Assembly (NCBI GenBank): GCA_038245905.1
Contig: JBBRRY010000004.1
Coordinates: 64,001 to 128,000 of the forward strand
Source: Thermoanaerobaculia bacterium
Lineage (GTDB): Bacteria > Acidobacteriota > Thermoanaerobaculia > UBA5066
Reading direction: 5' to 3'
DNA: 64,000 bases
Below the pieces are notes generated by a model. That model was given only the letters and a program-made list of their open reading frames with translations, did no database searches and was not told where the DNA came from. Positions 58,633 through 64,000 of this stretch are shown here, piece by piece. Each line of letters starts with the position of its first letter. Within the stretch, counting starts at the first letter, position 1. A program made the translations under genes and the position numbers.

Positions 58633-58878
58633 ATGGCTGATTCGGTGGAAGAAAAGGTCAAGGGCATCATCGTGGAGCAGCTTGGCGTCCAAGCGGACGA
58701 GGTGAAGCCTGATGCCTCGTTCGTGGACGATCTCGGCGCGGATTCTCTCGACACGGTCGAGCTCGTCATGGCCTTCGAGGAGGCGTTCGGCATCGAGATC
58801 CCGGACGAGGACGCCGAGAAGATCCAGAGGGTCAAGGACGCGGTCTCCTACATCGAATCGCACGCCAAGCCCGCCTGA
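58633..58878 (+). CDS. acpP: acyl carrier protein
   Basis: [18 protein letters not shown]; RBS GGAGG. Confidence 0.98.
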   Translation: MADSVEEKVKGIIVEQLGVQADEVKPDASFVDDLGADSLDTVELVMAFEEAFGIEIPDEDAEKIQRVKDAVSYIESHAKPA

Positions 58879-58897
58879 CCCGAGTTTTCGCGAACGC

Positions 58898-60169
58898 GTG
58901 TCCGCGAATCCCGCATCCCTGCTCGACGGCCGAGGCCGTCGCCGCGTCGCCGTCACGGGCGTCGGCCTCGTGTCTCCCGTGGGCCTCACCGCGAAGGAGA
59001 ACTGGGCCAACCTGACGGCCGGCGTGTCCGGCATCGGGATGATCACGCGTTTCGACGCCGCGGATTACGCCTGCCGCATTGCCGGTGAAGTGAAGGGTTT
59101 CGACCCGGGCGCGTTCCTCGAGAAGAAGGAAATCAAGAAGTTCGACACGTTCATCCACTACGCCGTCGCGGCGGCGAAGGAGGCCATGACCGATTCGGGC
59201 CTCGTCGTCACGCCGGAGAACGCCGAGCGCGTGGGCGTCTGCATCGGATCCGGGATCGGCGGCCTGCCGCTCATCGAGGAGACACACAAGATCGTCCTCG
59301 AGAAAGGGCCCCGGCGCATCAGCCCGTTCTTCATCCCGGGTCTCATCGTCAACATGTGCTCCGGCCTCGTCTCGATCCAGACCGGCGCGAAGGGTCCGAA
59401 TTCGGCCACGGCCACGGCCTGCGCGACGTCGGCGCACGCCATCGGCGACGCGGCAAACGTCATCCGCCGCGGGGACGCCGATGCGATGATCGCGGGCGGC
59501 TCGGAAGCCGTCATCACCTCGCTCGCCGTCGGAGGCTTTTCCGCGATGCGCGCCCTCTCGACGCGCAACGACGATCCCAAGGCGGCCTCGCGGCCCTGGG
59601 ACAAGGACCGCGACGGTTTCGTCCTCGGCGAAGGCGCGGGCATCCTCGTGCTCGAGGACATGGGCATCGCGAAGGCGCGTGGCGCGGTCATCTACGCCGA
59701 GCTCGCGGGCTACGGCATGTCAGGCGACGCGTATCACATCTCGGCGCCTTCGGAGGACGGAGACGGCCCGTTCCGCGTCATGCGCAACACGCTTCTCGAC
59801 GCGGGCGTGAACCCGGAGGACGTCGCCTACGTCAACGCGCACGGAACGTCCACGCCGCACGGGGATCGCATCGAGACGATCGCCATCAAGCGGGTGTTCG
59901 GCGACCATGCCCGGAAGCTCTCCGTCTCCTCGACGAAGTCCATGACGGGGCATCTCCTTGGCGCCGCGGGCGGATTCGAGGCCGGCGTCCTCGCGCTCGC
60001 GATGAGGCACAGCGTGATTCCTCCCACGATCAATTACGTGACGCCGGACCCCGATTGCGATCTCGATTACACGCCGAACACGGCGCACGAGAGGAAGCTC
60101 CCGATCGGCCTTTCGAACTCCTTCGGGTTCGGCGGGACGAACGCCAGCATTCTGCTGCGACTCGTCTAG
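58898..60169 (+). CDS. fabF: beta-ketoacyl-ACP synthase II
   Basis: [31 protein letters not shown]. Start approximate. Confidence 0.96.
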   Translation: MSANPASLLDGRGRRRVAVTGVGLVSPVGLTAKENWANLTAGVSGIGMITRFDAADYACRIAGEVKGFDPGAFLEKKEIKKFDTFIHYAVAAAKEAMTDSGLVVTPENAERVGVCIGSGIGGLPLIEETHKIVLEKGPRRISPFFIPGLIVNMCSGLVSIQTGAKGPNSATATACATSAHAIGDAANVIRRGDADAMIAGGSEAVITSLAVGGFSAMRALSTRNDDPKAASRPWDKDRDGFVLGEGAGILVLEDMGIAKARGAVIYAELAGYGMSGDAYHISAPSEDGDGPFRVMRNTLLDAGVNPEDVAYVNAHGTSTPHGDRIETIAIKRVFGDHARKLSVSSTKSMTGHLLGAAGGFEAGVLALAMRHSVIPPTINYVTPDPDCDLDYTPNTAHERKLPIGLSNSFGFGGTNASILLRLV

Positions 60170-60212
60170 GCAGCCTCCTGCCGGGGCTTCCCGTCGCGGA
60201 GCCCCTGTTAAC

Positions 60213-62294
60213 ATGAGAACGCCGACGGAGGACATCGAGATTCGACGCGTCTTCGTGGTCGCGGCCGCCGCCCTTACGCTTGCGATTCTCGTGGCGGGAT
60301 TCTTCGTCCTCCGCGGGAGGCGGCCCTTCGTCTCCAGGTTCGGAGCCGACGTCCAGCGGCTCGTGTCGCCGGCACGAATCGGCGAAACCGTGGAAGTTCT
60401 CGCGAAGAGGCCGCATCGCGCGGGCACGACGGCGAACGCGGCGGCCGCCGACGAGATCGCGCGCCGCCTGACGGCGTCCGGGCTCAAGCCCTGGAGCGAC
60501 GTCCACGAGGTCGAGCTTTGGGAACCCGTGGCGCTCTCGCTCGCCCTCACGAAGCCGGCGGCGAGGAACTTCGACCTTCACGAACGCGCCCTCGCGGAAG
60601 ATCCGGCGACGTCGGTGGCGAACGAGGAGCTGCCCTTTCTCGCCTACGCGCCGGATGGCGATGTCGAGGCGGCGGTCGTCTACGCGGGCTTCGGCGGCCC
60701 CGCGGACTTCGCCGTGCTCCGGAAGGCGGGCGTCGACGTGCGCGGCAAGATCGCGCTCGTCAAGGCACAGGGCGTCTGCCGCGGAATGAAGACTCTCGCG
60801 GCCGAGCGCGCGGGCGCCGCCGGCCTCCTGATCTACATCGAGCCGCGGGACCAGGGCATCGTGAAGCCTTCCTATCCGCTCGGGCCGTCGACAAACCGCT
60901 GGGCGGCCTCCCGCGGAACGCTCCTCAAGTACTTCCTTCGTCCCGGCGACCCGCGCCGCGCGAAGGCTGCGGGAGTCGACACCCTGCCGAAGATTCCGGC
61001 GCTCGCGATCTCGCAGGACGTGGCCGAGGCGCTTCTCAAGGAGATGGGTGGACCGGCGCCACCCCCGGACTGGAAGGGCCTCCTCGACGCGCCCTATTCG
61101 CTCGGTCCGGGGCCGGCGCGCGCGCGGATGACCGTGCGTGGAAAGACGGTGCGCGCGTCACTGCGCAACGTCTTCGCGACGATTCCCGGAAGCGATCCGA
61201 AAGCCGCCCCGGTCGTCCTTGGCAGTCACATCGACGCCTGGGTCTACGGAGCGGTAGACCCGTCTTCCGGCACGGCGGCCGTGCTCGAGGTCGCGACCGT
61301 TCTCGCGGCGCTCGCCGATCGCGGCTGGACGCCCTCGCGGCCAGTCGTGTTCGCGTTCTTCGATGGCGAAGAGTTCGGCATGCTCGGCTCGACGCGCTGG
61401 CTCGAGGCGCGGCTGGCGGGTGCCGAACTCCCCGCCCTTGCGTTCGTCAACGTGGACTCGGCGGTCCGGGCGAATGACTTCTATGCTTCGACGACGCCCG
61501 GGCTCCGCGGTCCGCTCGCCGAAGTGCTCGCGCTCGTCAACGACCCCGATTCGGGTAAGTCGCTTCGGGAGAGCTCGGGCGAACCCGCCCTTCCGGGGTT
61601 TTCGAGCGACGCCGCGCCCTTTCTTGGATTCAGCGCCACACCCGTCGCGGAGCTGGGCTTCGGCCGTTGGTATGGAAGCTACCACACGCTCTACGACACG
61701 GTGACGTGGCTGAAGCGCTTCGGCGACCCCGGCTTTCGTCGTACCGCGGCCCTCGCGCACGTCGGTGCGTTATACGTGGGCGCGCTCGCGACCCCACGAA
61801 TCTTTCCCCTGCGTTTTTCGGAGATTTCCGACTTTACGAACCGCGAGATCCGCGAGATCCAGGCACGTCATCCGGCGTCGATCGCATGGATCCCCCAGGT
61901 GGCCCGGTCGCTCGCGAGCCAGATCGAGGGCTTCGAGAGGAGCGCGCGTGCCTGGGACGCCCGCGCGCTCGCGTCGCGGGGCCCGGGAAAGGACGCCGGG
62001 CGATTCGACCGGAGCGTCTCGCTCGCGCTCGGCGCATTCGGGGCGCCGGGTGATTCGTTCGGCCGGGGATGCCGCCTGTGGGGACCTTCGCTCGAGACGG
62101 GTTGCGGCACAACGGCGCTCGCGGAGCTCGAAGAGGCCATCGGCCGGAACGACCGCGCGGCGGCGGTGAGGGAGGTCGGGCGCCTCACGAACGCGTTTTC
62201 CACCGCGCGCGACCTGCTTCTTGTGGCAGAGCGGGCCGCCGAGGGCACCCGGCGTCCCCCTCGGTCGACGCCTGGGATCTCGCGCAATCAGTAA
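60213..62294 (+). CDS. M28 metallopeptidase with PA domain (glutamate carboxypeptidase II-like), membrane-anchored
   Basis: HIDAW..GAVDPSSG, DGEEFGMLGS, NVDS, YHTLYD; PA domain GKIALV. Confidence 0.9.
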   Translation: MRTPTEDIEIRRVFVVAAAALTLAILVAGFFVLRGRRPFVSRFGADVQRLVSPARIGETVEVLAKRPHRAGTTANAAAADEIARRLTASGLKPWSDVHEVELWEPVALSLALTKPAARNFDLHERALAEDPATSVANEELPFLAYAPDGDVEAAVVYAGFGGPADFAVLRKAGVDVRGKIALVKAQGVCRGMKTLAAERAGAAGLLIYIEPRDQGIVKPSYPLGPSTNRWAASRGTLLKYFLRPGDPRRAKAAGVDTLPKIPALAISQDVAEALLKEMGGPAPPPDWKGLLDAPYSLGPGPARARMTVRGKTVRASLRNVFATIPGSDPKAAPVVLGSHIDAWVYGAVDPSSGTAAVLEVATVLAALADRGWTPSRPVVFAFFDGEEFGMLGSTRWLEARLAGAELPALAFVNVDSAVRANDFYASTTPGLRGPLAEVLALVNDPDSGKSLRESSGEPALPGFSSDAAPFLGFSATPVAELGFGRWYGSYHTLYDTVTWLKRFGDPGFRRTAALAHVGALYVGALATPRIFPLRFSEISDFTNREIREIQARHPASIAWIPQVARSLASQIEGFERSARAWDARALASRGPGKDAGRFDRSVSLALGAFGAPGDSFGRGCRLWGPSLETGCGTTALAELEEAIGRNDRAAAVREVGRLTNAFSTARDLLLVAERAAEGTRRPPRSTPGISRNQ

Positions 62295-62301
62295 CGTCGT
62301 G

Positions 62302-64000
62302 ATGCGCCGCCCGAGCGCTGCCATCGTCCTCGTCTGCGGAGTGCTCGCGGCCTGCGGGTCTCGCAATCCGATCGCGCGGCGCGCCGCGCGTCTCGAGTCC
62401 CTCGTGGACGCCCGCCGGATCGAGAAGACCGTCGAGGCGCTGGCCCGCGTTCCACACCGGGCGGGGACTCCCGCGCAACGCGCCGCGGTCGCCGCCGTCG
62501 TGGAAATTCTCCGTGCGAACGGCCTCGAGACCGTCGTCGCCGAGCAGCCGGTGAATCTGCCGGAGCCCGTCGAGGCCTCGCTGGTCGTCGAGGGACCGTC
62601 GGAACACGCGTTCGACGTCACCGAGCGCGCGCTTCCGGGCGACCCCTACTCCAAGGCGGCCCCTCTCGAGATTCCCTTCTTCGCCTGGGCTCCCGACGGT
62701 GACGTGTCCGCGCGGGTCGTCTACGCGAATCACGGAGCGCGGGAGGACTACGACGTCCTGCGCCGGGCCGGCGTCTCCGTGAAAGGGGCCATCGTCCTCG
62801 CTCGCGCGCAAGGGATCTGCCGGGCGATGAAGTCGGTTCTCGCCGAGGACGAAGGGGCCATAGCGCTGCTCCTCTACCCAGAGCGGCGCGACCTCGGGAT
62901 CGTGAAGCCCGATTTTCCCGCGGGACCCTACCTGAACCCGTGGACCGTGCAACGAGGCTCGATGCTGCGTTACTTCCTTCGCCCCGGCGATCCGGACTGC
63001 GCGCCAGGCCGCGAGCTTCCGCGTCTCCGGCCCGCGTTGCCCGCGCTGCCCGTGTCGGAAACCGTCGCGGCGGATCTGCTCGGTCGCGTGGAGGGGGCGG
63101 CCGCGCCCCAGGACTGGACCGGATGGCTGCCGATTCCCTATCGCCTGGGAACGACGAAGGAGGCCGTGCGCCTGCATACGCGATCGCGCACCGAGGCGCG
63201 CGTGCTCTTCAACGTCACGGCGACTCTCGCGGGACGCCGGCCAGGCGCCGCGGCGGTCGTCGTGGGGGGGCACACGGATGCTTGGGTGAACGGAGCCGTC
63301 GATCCCGTGTCGGGCGCCGCCGTCGTCCTCGAGACCGCGGCCGCGCTCTCGGCGCTCGTCCGGGAAGGCTGGAAGCCGGAGCGCGACATCGTCTTCGCGC
63401 TCTTCGACGGCGAGGAATACGGCATGCTCGGCTCGACTCGCTGGGTCGAGCAGCGTCTCGCCGCGCGGGCGGCGCCCCTGGGCGTGTTCCTTTACGTGGA
63501 CTCATCGGTCCGCGCGCTCGATTTCATGGCGGACGCCTCCCCGGGGCTCGCCGAGTCTCTCGACGAGATCCTGGGGCGCGTCGTCGATCCGGTCTCGAAT
63601 CATCTCCTTCTGGCGGTGCGCCCTGCCATGCAGCTTCCTGGCTTCAGCGGCGACACGTCGCCGTTCCTCGGTCTCGGCGGTGTGCCCTCCGCGCAGCTCG
63701 GATTCGGCCGGCGCACCTACGCGCAATACCACTCCGCGTACGACGACCCCTATCTCCTGGGCCGCATCCTCGATCCCGGCTACGTGATGAGCGCCACGCT
63801 CGCGCGCATCCTCACGCTTTGGACGTCGGTGCTCGCCGAGTCGTCCGAGCCGCCCTGGCGCCTGTCCGAGGTCGCGGCGTTTCTGACGGACGAATTCGCG
63901 AAGCTGGAAAAGACGTCTGCCGCGCGCCTTTCGCGTCGCGGCGAGCTCTTCGCGGCGGTCGTGAGGCTGCGTCTCGCGGCGCGTGCGTGGGAGTCGATCG
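62302..64000 (+). CDS. second M28/PA peptidase paralog, lipoprotein; runs off the right edge
   Basis: Translated by hand: MRRPSAAIVLVCGVLAACG lipobox, HTDAWVNGAVDPVSG, DGEEYGMLGS, YHSAYD. Confidence 0.85.
   Translation, partial: MRRPSAAIVLVCGVLAACGSRNPIARRAARLESLVDARRIEKTVEALARVPHRAGTPAQRAAVAAVVEILRANGLETVVAEQPVNLPEPVEASLVVEGPSEHAFDVTERALPGDPYSKAAPLEIPFFAWAPDGDVSARVVYANHGAREDYDVLRRAGVSVKGAIVLARAQGICRAMKSVLAEDEGAIALLLYPERRDLGIVKPDFPAGPYLNPWTVQRGSMLRYFLRPGDPDCAPGRELPRLRPALPALPVSETVAADLLGRVEGAAAPQDWTGWLPIPYRLGTTKEAVRLHTRSRTEARVLFNVTATLAGRRPGAAAVVVGGHTDAWVNGAVDPVSGAAVVLETAAALSALVREGWKPERDIVFALFDGEEYGMLGSTRWVEQRLAARAAPLGVFLYVDSSVRALDFMADASPGLAESLDEILGRVVDPVSNHLLLAVRPAMQLPGFSGDTSPFLGLGGVPSAQLGFGRRTYAQYHSAYDDPYLLGRILDPGYVMSATLARILTLWTSVLAESSEPPWRLSEVAAFLTDEFAKLEKTSAARLSRRGELFAAVVRLRLAARAWESI

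Overview
This is a high-GC (roughly 68-70% by eye) bacterial chromosomal segment. Its gene content and order resemble Acidobacteriota, possibly Thermoanaerobaculia; the taxonomy is an inference. Housekeeping genes include kdsA, kdsB, pyrG, purH, recA, murB, yajQ and the yceD-rpmF-plsX-fabH-fabD-fabG-acpP-fabF cluster. Energy modules include a fused 2-oxoacid:ferredoxin oxidoreductase with an ADP-forming acyl-CoA ligase, a Rieske/cytochrome b complex whose cytochrome b is fused to a nine-CxxCH multiheme domain, and an NfnA-NfnB fusion with a rubrerythrin-like tail. There are also a sigma54 two-component locus, a glycosyltransferase cluster and two small TA-like gene pairs. No rRNA, tRNA, CRISPR array or transposase was recognised. 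Two observations stand out. (1) A two-gene candidate RiPP unit at 4036-5164 has an NHLP-type leader ending in a double-glycine site, a core of tandem (Q)QLGG repeats, and a SAM methyltransferase immediately downstream as the only apparent tailoring enzyme. (2) An AT-rich motif, about CCYTTCWAAGAAA(A)TC followed by a pyrimidine tail, occurs at least 16 times, mostly inside genes and mostly as inverted pairs 40-240 bp apart. All calls come from motif recognition by eye, with no database searches.
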